A stretch of DNA of 64,000 bases from Clostridia bacterium (GTDB taxonomy: Bacteria; Bacillota; Clostridia; Oscillospirales; CAG-272), in NCBI GenBank assembly GCA_017416205.1, contig JAFQDC010000072.1, positions 1,874-65,873 of the forward strand, written 5' to 3'. Positions 1 to 9,294 of this stretch are shown here, in pieces. A program made the position numbers and the translations under genes. Below the pieces are notes generated by a model that saw nothing but the letters and a program-made list of their open reading frames with translations, ran no database searches and had not been told where the DNA came from. Every line of letters starts with the position of its first letter. Within the stretch, counting starts at the first letter, position 1.

Positions 1-1
1 A

Positions 2-835
2 CTGGCGGACAGCGTGCGTTCGGGCGATACTCTCACCGTTACAGTAAAGATCGGCAACAATCCCGGCCTGTATTCCGCAAAGCTTACGACTGCATATAAC
101 GGCGAAGCTCTTTCGCTCAGAGAGGCAAAAAACGGAACCGTTTGGACAGCAAAGGACTTTACAGGAGGCTGGAATACAGCCAAGAATCCCTTTAACACCT
201 TCGTTGAGGACGTTTCTACCGGTAATGAGATAAACTATAATAACGGCGTTTTCTATACTCTTGTTTTTGATATTATTGATGACAGCCTTGATTACGGCTT
301 CAAATTTACTCATACCGCAGGTAGCTTCCCCGCATGGGACAACAGCACCAACAGTCTTATAAAGCATACCCCGACGATCATTAACATAATAGGCGCGTCG
401 GAGCTTGGCGATCACACCTACGTTACAGAGACAGTTCCCCCCACCTGCACCGAAGGCGGATATACTCTCAACACCTGCACCTTCTGCGGTGATAGCTCAA
501 AAACAGACGAGGTCAGCGCTACAGGTCACGCCTTCAGCATAAAGCAGATGATCAAGGAGCCTACCTTTACAGAAGAGGGTATGGCAGAATATGTCTGCGA
601 CACGTGCGGCGCAACTGAAACTTCTCCGGTTCCCGTCCTTGAACGATACAAGAAATGTGATATCAACAACGATGGAGACATTTCTCCAAAGGATGCAAAT
701 ATGCTCCTTCGTTTTCTTATGGGCGAGCCTGCCACACTGCAGGAGTTTGATGCTGCAGACTGTATGGAGGATAACGTTCTCAACGGCAAGGATTCAAATA
801 AGATAAAGAGAGTAATAGCTGGAATCGATTCCTGA
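2..835 (+). CDS. Secreted cohesin-like / Cys-motif / C-terminal type-I dockerin protein (5' partial, frame open to window edge)
   Basis: Frame open from nt 2. N-terminal GDTLTVTVKIGNNPGLYSAKL is cohesin-like. Two PTCTEGG..C..CG and C..CG Cys motifs. C-terminal pair of Ca-binding dockerin segments DINNDGDISPKD and DCMEDNVLNGKD. Confidence 0.75.
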   Translation: MADSVRSGDTLTVTVKIGNNPGLYSAKLTTAYNGEALSLREAKNGTVWTAKDFTGGWNTAKNPFNTFVEDVSTGNEINYNNGVFYTLVFDIIDDSLDYGFKFTHTAGSFPAWDNSTNSLIKHTPTIINIIGASELGDHTYVTETVPPTCTEGGYTLNTCTFCGDSSKTDEVSATGHAFSIKQMIKEPTFTEEGMAEYVCDTCGATETSPVPVLERYKKCDINNDGDISPKDANMLLRFLMGEPATLQEFDAADCMEDNVLNGKDSNKIKRVIAGIDS

Positions 836-842
836 AACAACA

Positions 843-883
843 GAAAAAGCCTTGCGGTGAAGCTTTCACCGCAAGGCTTTTTT
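843..883. terminator. Bidirectional rho-independent terminator between convergent genes
   Basis: 14-bp perfect stem agccttgcggtgaa/ttcaccgcaaggct, flanked by an A-run and a T-run. Confidence 0.8.
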
Positions 884-884
884 G

Positions 885-1709
885 TCAGTCCATATCAAAG
901 TTTTCGAGATAATACTCTATAGCATTCCGAAGCTTGTTTTTATCCTGTCCCGATGCTACGGCCATATGGAAATATTTTTCTTTGTTTTTGGTATCACCCA
1001 TAATTGCGTATATTATTGCAAGGAGGCCCGATGCCTGATACATTCTTGAGTTTTTCTCAAGGGCAAGGTGAGCATATTCCATAGCTCCCTCAAGCTCGTA
1101 TTCCTTGAAATAGAAATTTGCAAGATTGTTGTAGGCCTGCGCATAGGAGGGATCCAGATATATAGCCTCTTCAAAAGCGGAGAGGGCGTTTTCTCCGTCT
1201 CCTAAGCTTTCGTAAAGGAGACCAAGATTGTTGTGAACCGTTGCGTTTGTGGGGTCAAGCCTCAAAAGCTCCTCGTAGGTCGCAATGGCGTCCCTCTTCA
1301 ATCCACAGTCTGAGTAGCAAAGGGCGAGAAAGAGGAGAACTGCAGCAGTATCCTGCCTGTATACACACTCGTCTTTAAGCTTTTTCAGAGCAGAGGCGGC
1401 TTTTTTGAATTTATCCTCATTGTAAAGGCGGATTGCCGAAAGCAGCTTTTTCTTTCCCTTGGGGTCCTCTGAGAATGCCCTGCCGATCTCGTTTTTATAA
1501 AAGCTCTCATAATGCCTGAGGGTCCTTCTTGGGCTTTGGCCGTAGTTCATTTTGATAATGGAAGTAAGGGCGGCAATTGCGATAAGCAAAACTCTCACAG
1601 CACTCGCAAGGTCTATTTTTTGCATTTTTATGCTTTCGTATGCAAAATAACCGCAGGCCGCGCATATGAGAAGTATGAGAACGGCCGTTAATATTCTTCT
1701 TGTTTTCAT
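885..1709 (-). CDS. Membrane-anchored TPR-repeat protein
   Basis: N-terminal TM helix followed by repeated TPR-type A/Y/L heptads (AIATYEELLRLDPTNATVHNNLGLLY, AFEEAIYLDPSYAQAYNNLANFY). Confidence 0.7.
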   Translation of the reverse strand: MKTRRILTAVLILLICAACGYFAYESIKMQKIDLASAVRVLLIAIAALTSIIKMNYGQSPRRTLRHYESFYKNEIGRAFSEDPKGKKKLLSAIRLYNEDKFKKAASALKKLKDECVYRQDTAAVLLFLALCYSDCGLKRDAIATYEELLRLDPTNATVHNNLGLLYESLGDGENALSAFEEAIYLDPSYAQAYNNLANFYFKEYELEGAMEYAHLALEKNSRMYQASGLLAIIYAIMGDTKNKEKYFHMAVASGQDKNKLRNAIEYYLENFDMD

Positions 1710-1718
1710 TATTGTTCC

Positions 1719-3371
1719 TTATTTTTCAAATACTATAGTAACCGTAGTTCCCTCGCCCTCAACGCTTTTCAAATGAAGCTCTGCGTTGTGAACTGCGGCT
1801 CCGTGCTTTACGATGGAAAGGCCGAGGCCTGTTCCGCCCATGCTTCTTGAATGGCTTTTATCTACTCTGTAGAAGCGCTCGAATATTCTGTCAGTGTGCT
1901 CTTTGGGAATACCGATACCCGTGTCCTTCACTGAAAAGGCAGGCCGTGAGTCTTTCAGGAATACTGAGATCTCCACTTTTCCGCCGTCACGGTTATATTT
2001 TATGGCATTGTCGCAAAGGTTATAGATCATTTCGGAAATGATGGTGTGTATTCCGAACACAGTGGTTTTCTCTCCTGTGACGGTTATTGTAATGTTTCTT
2101 TCCTCTGCGATCTTTTCAAGGCGGGTACGCACCACCTTTGCTGCGGCCAGAAGATCAAGCTCCTCTCTTTCAAGTGCGGGAGCATTTTCATCAAGCTGTG
2201 AAAGCTTGATGATATCGTTAACGAGAGTGATAAGTCGGCCTGATTCGCTGTGGATATTTTCGGCAAACTGAGTCATATCCTCGGGGCGAACGATTCCGTT
2301 CATCATGATCTCGGAAATACCGTATATGGAGGTCAGGGGAGTTTTAAGCTCGTGGGAAACGTTTGAGGTAAATTCCCGTCGCATAGAGTCTCGCTCTTCC
2401 TTTTCCGTAACGTCAAGAATAAGGAGAACTGCGCCGCTGATGCTTTCCTCTACCTCAACGGGGTTTGCAAACATCTGCAGAGACTTTCCGTTTATTGGAA
2501 AAACAGGCTGGCATTTTTCTCCGAGAAGCGCCTTTTCCACGGTGCTCTGAAAGGTGCTGTCATTGGAAAAGGTAAGAACGCTGTCTCCAAGATCGGTCTT
2601 TTTCACTCCGAAGAGCTTCAGGGCGCTTTTATTGTATGAAAGTATCTGTGCTGCAGCGTCAATAAGGATAAGTCCCTCAGACATATCTCCGGTTATTGTC
2701 AGAAACTCCTCCTGACGCTTTTTTAAGTCCTTCATCTGCAGGTCGATGAGGCTGTTCTGCCTTGATATTTTTCTGAGAAGGGGCGTTAGCTCCTCGTATC
2801 CCTCGCCGATGGTGGGATTTGAGAAGTCAAGCTCATTTATGGGCTTCACTATTTTTTTGGCAAGGGACGAGGATAGAATGGCAGAAACTACGGTAACAAC
2901 TATAAATGCAATGGCCATGGGAATGAGCATTCTCAGAATAACGGCACCCAAAGTCATCTGGTCAACGGATACTCTCAGCACCGTACCGTTTGAAAGTCTG
3001 CGGGCGTAGTAATAGGTTTTTTCTGTTAGGGTTGCGGAATATCTGTAGCTCTCTCCCTCGCCTGTTTCAAAAGCTTCCTTTACTTCCTCTCGATCCTTGT
3101 GATTTTCAAGGTCATATGTATCGTCTACCGTATCGTAGATAACGGAGCCGTCCGTATCAATAAGGGTGATCCTTCGCTTTTCCTGAAAGCTCTCAAGATA
3201 TTCCCGGCCTCCGATCTCAGTTCCCGCGCAAAGATACTGCGCCTCGCGGCTGACCTCGGACTGGAGTGTGGCGTTAAAATAAGGATAGGACACTCCGAGA
3301 ATTACGAGAACACAGCAAAGAAAGCTTATGAGAGAGGCTGTCAGGATAGCATTATGTATTCTTTTAGTCAA
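1719..3371 (-). CDS. Sensor histidine kinase, PhoR-like
   Basis: Two TM segments, a PAS-like region, H-box SHELKTPLTSI, N-box DNAIKYN, G-boxes DTGIGIP and GTGLGLSIV. Immediately downstream of an OmpR-type regulator and next to phosphate transporters. Confidence 0.85.
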   Translation of the reverse strand: MTKRIHNAILTASLISFLCCVLVILGVSYPYFNATLQSEVSREAQYLCAGTEIGGREYLESFQEKRRITLIDTDGSVIYDTVDDTYDLENHKDREEVKEAFETGEGESYRYSATLTEKTYYYARRLSNGTVLRVSVDQMTLGAVILRMLIPMAIAFIVVTVVSAILSSSLAKKIVKPINELDFSNPTIGEGYEELTPLLRKISRQNSLIDLQMKDLKKRQEEFLTITGDMSEGLILIDAAAQILSYNKSALKLFGVKKTDLGDSVLTFSNDSTFQSTVEKALLGEKCQPVFPINGKSLQMFANPVEVEESISGAVLLILDVTEKEERDSMRREFTSNVSHELKTPLTSIYGISEIMMNGIVRPEDMTQFAENIHSESGRLITLVNDIIKLSQLDENAPALEREELDLLAAAKVVRTRLEKIAEERNITITVTGEKTTVFGIHTIISEMIYNLCDNAIKYNRDGGKVEISVFLKDSRPAFSVKDTGIGIPKEHTDRIFERFYRVDKSHSRSMGGTGLGLSIVKHGAAVHNAELHLKSVEGEGTTVTIVFEK

Positions 3372-3373
3372 GC

Positions 3374-4045
3374 TTAGTCTCCTATCTTATATCCGATTCC
3401 GCGGACAGTTTCTATCATATCCCCGCATTCGAGCAGCTTTGAGCGCAGTGTTCTGATATGAACGTCAACAGTGCGGTTTTCGCCGTCAAACTCGTAGCCC
3501 CAAATGCTTCTGAGGATCTGATCGCGGGTGAATACCGTTCCCATACCGGACAGAAGAAGGCAGAGCAGTTCAAACTCCTTGAAGGTAAGGGTAACGTCCT
3601 TGCCTGCCACACGAACGATATGCTTCTGCGGGCAAACGTAAAGATCTCCTGCAATATATTCAGCCTTGTTATCCTGCTCCTGCTCAGTTCTTCTTAAAAG
3701 AGCCTTTATTCTTGATATGAGCTCCATTATGCCAAAGGGCTTTGAAACATAGTCGTCAGCTCCCGAATCAAGGCCGAGAACGCGATCATATTCCGTGGTC
3801 TTAGCGGTCAGCATAATGACGGGGATCTTTTTTGTTTCCTTTCTTGCTCTCAGCTTTTTCAGCACTTCGATTCCGTCCTCCTCGGGGAGCATAATATCAA
3901 GGAGCACAAGCTTTGGAGCCTTTTCATCAACAGCGCGCCAGAAATCCGAGGGGCGCTCAAAGCCTCTTGATTCAAAGCCCGAATTATTAAGAGCATATTC
4001 AACAAAATTACGAATACTTGAATCGTCCTCGAGAAGATAAATCAT
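3374..4045 (-). CDS. OmpR/PhoB-family response regulator (PhoP-like)
   Basis: Receiver domain (DD..LLDIMLP..DG, KP motif) plus a winged-helix C-terminus (RTVDVHIRTLRSKL..IETVRGIGYK). Confidence 0.9.
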   Translation of the reverse strand: MIYLLEDDSSIRNFVEYALNNSGFESRGFERPSDFWRAVDEKAPKLVLLDIMLPEEDGIEVLKKLRARKETKKIPVIMLTAKTTEYDRVLGLDSGADDYVSKPFGIMELISRIKALLRRTEQEQDNKAEYIAGDLYVCPQKHIVRVAGKDVTLTFKEFELLCLLLSGMGTVFTRDQILRSIWGYEFDGENRTVDVHIRTLRSKLLECGDMIETVRGIGYKIGD

Positions 4046-4163
4046 AATGAAAATATACCTTTCCGTAATTTGTGCAGATGCTGTCGCTGTGGTTTCGTAT
4101 CTGCAAATACAGTATATCTCTTTTTTTGGCTCTTTTCAAGAAAAAACGGCACAAAGAGCCCGG

Positions 4164-4204
4164 TTTAACATGGATTTAACATAAGCACGATTTCAGATTT
4201 AACA
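4164..4204. promoter_or_regulatory. Pho-box-like direct repeats (3 x TTTAACA)
   Basis: TTTAACA at 4164, 4175 and 4198 (spacings 11 and 23 nt) in the divergent region between the regulator and the first Na/Pi transporter. Resembles the Gram-positive PhoP half-site TT(A/T/C)ACA. Confidence 0.5.
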
Positions 4205-4371
4205 GGGAGGTTGTATTATTTAGTCATACTGGGTAGGTAAGGCAATTTTCACTGTACTCAGAAAAAAAGCACCGCAGGCTACAGCTTTTCAATTTTTTGT
4301 ATTCAGCCCGGTGCGCAGAATGTTGTTATATGATCGGATAATCATTATCCGGAATCGAAAGGAGAAAAATT

Positions 4372-6051
4372 ATGTTATCAGGTGCAGATGTTATGCAGCT
4401 GATCCAGAGCCTTATCTGGCTTCTGGCAGGCGTTGGTATTTTCATTGTAGGTATGAACTTCATGGGCGATGCCCTTGAAAAGAGTGCGGGAAACGGAATG
4501 AAGCGTTTTCTCGAAAAGATCAGTAATAACCGCTTTAAGGGAGTTACTGTCGGTGCAGGTGTAACTGCTATCATTCAGTCCTCCTCTGCAACGTCAGTCA
4601 TGGTCATCGGTCTTGTTAACGCAGGCGTTATGACCCTTATGCAGGCAACTCCCATTATTATGGGCGCCAATATCGGTACTACCATCACCGGTGTGCTCGT
4701 TGCTCTTAAAAACGACTATTTCAATATGCTGATGTACCTTTTCGCATTTGCGGGAGTTATGATGGGCTTTTCCAAAAAGGAGAAGTTCAAGATCGCAGGC
4801 AGCCTCTTTAGCGGTCTCGGTCTTATCTTCGTGGGACTTGAGGTAATGTCCAGTGAGCAGGCTTTCGGAAACCAGCTTGTAAAGGATATGTTTACAAGAA
4901 TTTTCGAAACCATTGATTTCCCTCTGCTTCTCATCCTTGTAGGAATTATCTTCACAGCCCTCATCCAGTCCTCCTCTGCGGCTACCGGCGTAGTTATTAC
5001 TATGGTTGGTACGGGAGTTCTCCCTCTTGAGCTTGCTCTCTTTATCGTCCTTGGAGCAAACATCGGTACCTGTGTGACCGCGCTTCTCGCATCCGTAGGC
5101 GCAAATGCAAACTCCAAGAGAGTTGCGCTTATCCACTTTACCTTTAACTGTATCGGTACAGCCTTCTTTACTGCCCTTATCTGGATATTCAAGGAGCCTT
5201 GCGTTGATTTCCTTGTTTCCTGCTTCCCCGGAGAGGATCCTATGTCTCTCCAGATGAGAGTATCCCTCTTCCACGTTGTGTTTAACGTAACTACCACCCT
5301 CCTCCTTCTCCCCTTCGTGAAGCACCTTGTAAAATATTCCTGCGCAGTTATCAAGGAAAAGAAAGAGGAAGAGGACACCCTGTCACTTCAGTTTGTGGAT
5401 GACAGAATCCTTACAGTCCCCTCCGTTGCTCTCGGACAGGTCAAGAAAGAGGTTGACTATATGCTCAGCCTTGCCAAGGAAAACACACGTCTTTCCTTCG
5501 TGTCTATTGAGACAGGCTCTGCAGCCCATAGTGAGACTATCAAAAAGAACGAAAAGATCATCAACTTTACAAATAAGGCCCTCACTCAGTTCCTCATCAA
5601 GCTTTCCGTTGACGTTGAGGAAAGTGATGAAGAGGTCATCGGATCTTATTTCCATGTGCTCAACGACCTTGAGCGTATCGGTGACCACGCGGAAAACTTC
5701 CATGAGATCGGTGTTGAGATGGTTGCAAAGAAGATCGCCTTCTCTCCTGCAGCTCTTGCAGGTATCGGAGAGATGCGCGACAGCGTTATGAAGATGTTCG
5801 ATATTTCCAAGGATGCCTTTGACCACTTGAATATCGAAGAGCTTTCCGATCTGAATACTCTTGAGGACGGAGTTGACGGAATGAAGAAGTCCCTTATCTC
5901 CAGCCACTTTACCCGTCTTGCAGAGGGTAACTGCTCTGCAGACGTAAGCCCCTATTATTCATCTGTTGTAACGGGTCTTGAGCGTGTAGCCGACCACCTT
6001 GTAAACGTAGGCTACAGTATCGTTAACCCCACGGGATCGCAGAAAAAATGA
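4372..6051 (+). CDS. Na/Pi cotransporter family protein with C-terminal PhoU-like repeats
   Basis: Two QSSSA(T/A) transporter signature repeats, many TM segments, C-terminal DLERIGDHAENF and GLERVADHLVNV PhoU-type motifs. SD aaaggag lies 8 nt upstream. Confidence 0.9.
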   Translation: MLSGADVMQLIQSLIWLLAGVGIFIVGMNFMGDALEKSAGNGMKRFLEKISNNRFKGVTVGAGVTAIIQSSSATSVMVIGLVNAGVMTLMQATPIIMGANIGTTITGVLVALKNDYFNMLMYLFAFAGVMMGFSKKEKFKIAGSLFSGLGLIFVGLEVMSSEQAFGNQLVKDMFTRIFETIDFPLLLILVGIIFTALIQSSSAATGVVITMVGTGVLPLELALFIVLGANIGTCVTALLASVGANANSKRVALIHFTFNCIGTAFFTALIWIFKEPCVDFLVSCFPGEDPMSLQMRVSLFHVVFNVTTTLLLLPFVKHLVKYSCAVIKEKKEEEDTLSLQFVDDRILTVPSVALGQVKKEVDYMLSLAKENTRLSFVSIETGSAAHSETIKKNEKIINFTNKALTQFLIKLSVDVEESDEEVIGSYFHVLNDLERIGDHAENFHEIGVEMVAKKIAFSPAALAGIGEMRDSVMKMFDISKDAFDHLNIEELSDLNTLEDGVDGMKKSLISSHFTRLAEGNCSADVSPYYSSVVTGLERVADHLVNVGYSIVNPTGSQKK

Positions 6052-6082
6052 ATAATTAAGAATTAAGAATGAATGATTATTG

Positions 6083-6114
6083 AAGAAAACCGACGATAGC
6101 GTCGGTTTTCTTCT
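6083..6114 (+). terminator. Rho-independent terminator
   Basis: gaagaaaaccgacg-atag-cgtcggttttcttc. Confidence 0.75.
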
Positions 6115-6232
6115 TTATTGAATATTGTTACTTTTTCTGTTTTCGGTGAGAATAATGTTAAATGCTCTTGAAATCATCGTGAATTCTATGTATAATTGTT
6201 TTACATTCAAATATTTTTGAAAGGAATGTATT

Positions 6233-7993
6233 ATGGATCTTTTCTTTGATATGCTCTCCCTTGCGGGAGGCCTTGCGCTGTTCCTTTACGGAATGAACGT
6301 AATGGGTAACGCTCTTGAAAAGCGCGCCGGCAATAAGCTGAAGACTCTTCTTGAGACACTTACCTCAAATACCTTCAAAGGATTTCTCCTGGGCTTTATC
6401 GTAACCCTTGTAATTCAGTCATCATCTGCTACTACCGTTATGGTAGTAGGCTTTGTAAACTCCGGTATTATGACCCTCCATCAGGCTACCGGTGTTATTA
6501 TGGGAGCAAACCTCGGTACGTCTATTACTGCGTGGATACTTTCTCTTACCGGTATCGAAAGCTCCAACTTCTGGATCAGGCTCTGTAAGCCCTCATCCTT
6601 CGTTCCCGTTCTTGCGGTTATCGGTATCATCCTCTATATGTTTATGAAGAAGCAGAAGCATAAGGATACAGGCGTTATCCTTCTCGGCTTTGCTGCTCTT
6701 ATGTTCGGTATGGAAATGATGTCCGACGCTATGTCCGGTCTTAAGGAGGTTCCTCAGTTCACCAATGCGCTGACAGCGTTCTCAAATCCCATTCTCGGTG
6801 TTCTTGCAGGTACTATCATCACAGCTATCGTTCAGTCCTCCTCTGCTTCCGTCGGTATCCTTCAGGCTTTGGCAAAGGCGGGCACTGTAACAAATGCAAC
6901 GGCTATCCCCGTTATTATGGGTCAGAATATCGGTACTTGCGTTTCCGCGATGATCTCCTCTGTGGGCGCATCCAAGAACGCTAAGAGAGCTGCTGTTATC
7001 CATCTTTCATTCAATGTTATAGCAACTCTGATTCTTCTTCCCGTATGGTACCTTGTTGATCATTTCGTAGGCTTTGAGTTTGTAGGACAGAATGCATCGC
7101 CTCTCAGTATTGCAACCATACATACAGTATTCAAGCTCTTTGCGCTTCTCCTTCTTATGCCTGCATCCCGTCTTCTTGAAAAGCTTGCCAACACCGTTGT
7201 TAAGGAAGGCAAGACAACAGACGGAACAGAGCTTCTCGACGAGCGCTTGCTTGCAACCCCCTCCGTTGCCATCGGACGTTGCAAGGAGGTTACCGTTACT
7301 ATGGCCCGCGTTGCAGTAGGCTCTCTCCACGATTCTATTACGCTTCTTGATAAGTATGATGAAAAGCTTATGGAAAAGATCAGGGAGGATGAGAGCCGTG
7401 TGGATATGTATGAGGACAAGCTTGGCTCATATCTTGTAAAGCTTACAAGCCAGGATATGTCACTTGAAGACAGCCACGAGGCAAACAAGCTTCTCCACGT
7501 TATCAGTGACTTTGAGCGCATCTCCGACCACGCTCTCAATCTTGCGGGCAGCGCGGAAGAGATATATGACAAAAAGCTTGAATTCTCAGGTGAAGCAAAG
7601 CGTGAGCTTGCTTCTCTTACAGGAGCAATTAACGAGATACTTAACATTACTCTTGAAAGCTTTGCAAACGACAATCTCGATAAGGCGATCATTGTAGAGC
7701 CTCTTGAGCAGGTAGTTGATCACCTTAAGGAGCTTCTCCGTAAGCGTCATATCAAGCGTCTGCGCAAGCAGGAATGTACAATCGAGCTTGGATTTGTTCT
7801 CACAGATATTCTTACAAATTTTGAGAGAGTGTCTGACCATTGCTCCAACATTGCCGCTTGTATGCTTGAGATCGCGCACGATGAATTTGATATTCACGAG
7901 TATCTCAGAAACGTTAAGGGCGGTAACGAGGAGGAATTCAACCACTACTTCGATTACTATACAATGAAGTACTCCATCGGAGAAAGCAAGTAA
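6233..7993 (+). CDS. Na/Pi cotransporter family protein, tandem paralog
   Basis: Same architecture as 4372-6051 (QSSSATT / QSSSASV, DFERISDHALNL and NFERVSDHCSNI). Confidence 0.9.
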   Translation: MDLFFDMLSLAGGLALFLYGMNVMGNALEKRAGNKLKTLLETLTSNTFKGFLLGFIVTLVIQSSSATTVMVVGFVNSGIMTLHQATGVIMGANLGTSITAWILSLTGIESSNFWIRLCKPSSFVPVLAVIGIILYMFMKKQKHKDTGVILLGFAALMFGMEMMSDAMSGLKEVPQFTNALTAFSNPILGVLAGTIITAIVQSSSASVGILQALAKAGTVTNATAIPVIMGQNIGTCVSAMISSVGASKNAKRAAVIHLSFNVIATLILLPVWYLVDHFVGFEFVGQNASPLSIATIHTVFKLFALLLLMPASRLLEKLANTVVKEGKTTDGTELLDERLLATPSVAIGRCKEVTVTMARVAVGSLHDSITLLDKYDEKLMEKIREDESRVDMYEDKLGSYLVKLTSQDMSLEDSHEANKLLHVISDFERISDHALNLAGSAEEIYDKKLEFSGEAKRELASLTGAINEILNITLESFANDNLDKAIIVEPLEQVVDHLKELLRKRHIKRLRKQECTIELGFVLTDILTNFERVSDHCSNIAACMLEIAHDEFDIHEYLRNVKGGNEEEFNHYFDYYTMKYSIGESK

Positions 7994-8009
7994 TTATAAT
8001 CCAAATAAA

Positions 8010-8035
8010 GAAAACCTGCCGTATGGCAGGTTTTC
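8010..8035 (+). terminator. Rho-independent terminator
   Basis: gaaaacctgcc-gtat-ggcaggttttc. Confidence 0.75.
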
Positions 8036-8060
8036 GTGCGTTTTGGGGAAAGATTAAATT

Positions 8061-8903
8061 ATGATGAACAAAAATAAACCCAAGTTGAAAAACACTCTCG
8101 GCCTTTATGCAAACGAGGTCAGAGAGCATAAGTGGACATTTGCAGTGTACCTTGTTTTACGAGCACTTGTAATAGCTGCGGGCATCTTTTCTTTTTTCAG
8201 AGGGAACTACGAAAACGTGTTTTATTGTATACTGTCCCTTGTTCTTTTTCTCCTGCCTGCCTTTGTGACCAGAAATTTCGGAATAGAGCTTCCTCAGACT
8301 CTTGAGGTCATAGTTCTCGTTTTTGTTTTTGCGGCGGAGATACTCGGTGAGATGTCCGGCTTTTATCAGAAGGTAGCGTTTTGGGATTCAATGCTTCATA
8401 CGGTAACGGGATTTCTTGCCGCCGCAATCGGCTTTGCTCTCCTTGATATCTTCAACAGAAACGAGCATTTCAAGTTTCAGATATCTCCCGTATATATGGC
8501 GGTGGTGGCGTTTTGCTTTTCAATGACCGTTGCCGCTGTTTGGGAGATATTCGAGTTTTCTATGGATACATTCTTGGGATTTGATATGCAAAAGGATATG
8601 GTGGTAAGCACTATCGGCTCCGTGTCCCTTGATCTATCGAAAAGCAACGAGGTCATTACCATATCGGATATTGCAAAGGTCACGCTGACCTGCGCCGACG
8701 GCACGGTGTACGATCTTTCTGATTACGGGATATACGGTTATCTCGATATCGGTATCAGAGATACCATGAAGGATATTATAGTGAATCTTATAGGCGCTGT
8801 AGTATTTTCAGTTATCGGCTTTTTCTATATTAAAAACCGCGGCAAGGGAAATCTTGCAAGCAAGTTTATTCCCCGCCTCAGAAAGAGCAAAAAGGCAGAA
8901 TAA
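8061..8903 (+). CDS. Multi-pass membrane protein, function unknown
   Basis: About 6 hydrophobic helices and a C-terminal soluble segment. No motif I can name with confidence. Confidence 0.6.
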   Translation: MMNKNKPKLKNTLGLYANEVREHKWTFAVYLVLRALVIAAGIFSFFRGNYENVFYCILSLVLFLLPAFVTRNFGIELPQTLEVIVLVFVFAAEILGEMSGFYQKVAFWDSMLHTVTGFLAAAIGFALLDIFNRNEHFKFQISPVYMAVVAFCFSMTVAAVWEIFEFSMDTFLGFDMQKDMVVSTIGSVSLDLSKSNEVITISDIAKVTLTCADGTVYDLSDYGIYGYLDIGIRDTMKDIIVNLIGAVVFSVIGFFYIKNRGKGNLASKFIPRLRKSKKAE

Positions 8904-8953
8904 GCCTTTAATGCTTAAATTTGTAAAATTTTGGTTTGAGGGGGGAGATATAC

Positions 8954-8983
8954 GTGGGAGCCTTTTTGAAAAAAGGCCCCCAC
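8954..8983. repeat. Palindromic element gtgggagcctttttgaaaaaaggcccccac
   Basis: Near-perfect 12-bp stem around a tttttgaaaaaa core. Followed by a second inverted pair, 8984-9003 / 9058-9077 (cccccgaaaaacttcaaa / tttgaagttttttgcgg). Confidence 0.6.
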
Positions 8984-9132
8984 ACCCCCGAAAAACTTCA
9001 AAAAAAGGGATTAATTAGTTGTCTATAGGTATACTTTGTCATTCTATATTACCCATAGTTTGAAGTTTTTTGCGGAGCTTTTTTACAAAAAAGCGACATA
9101 TAAACCGTAATTTGTCGGGTAAAGAAAAAGTT

Positions 9133-9163
9133 GCAACGGGAGGCTCTGCGGCGGTGGCATAGA
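9133..9163 (+). repeat. Direct repeat copy 1 (non-coding duplicate of the 3' end of CDS 10717-11661)
   Basis: gcaacgggaggctctgcggcggtggcataga matches 10730-10760 at 28 of 31 positions, same orientation. Confidence 0.8.
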
Positions 9164-9294
9164 AACAGTGTGGTTGTATTTTATTGATTTTACGGTATAA
9201 TATTCTGAAAAAATTATATCTATCTTGAACCTTTTTGCATCATAAAACAACTGTATATGCGAAACCGGTTTTAATAACAAGAAAGGAGGAACAT

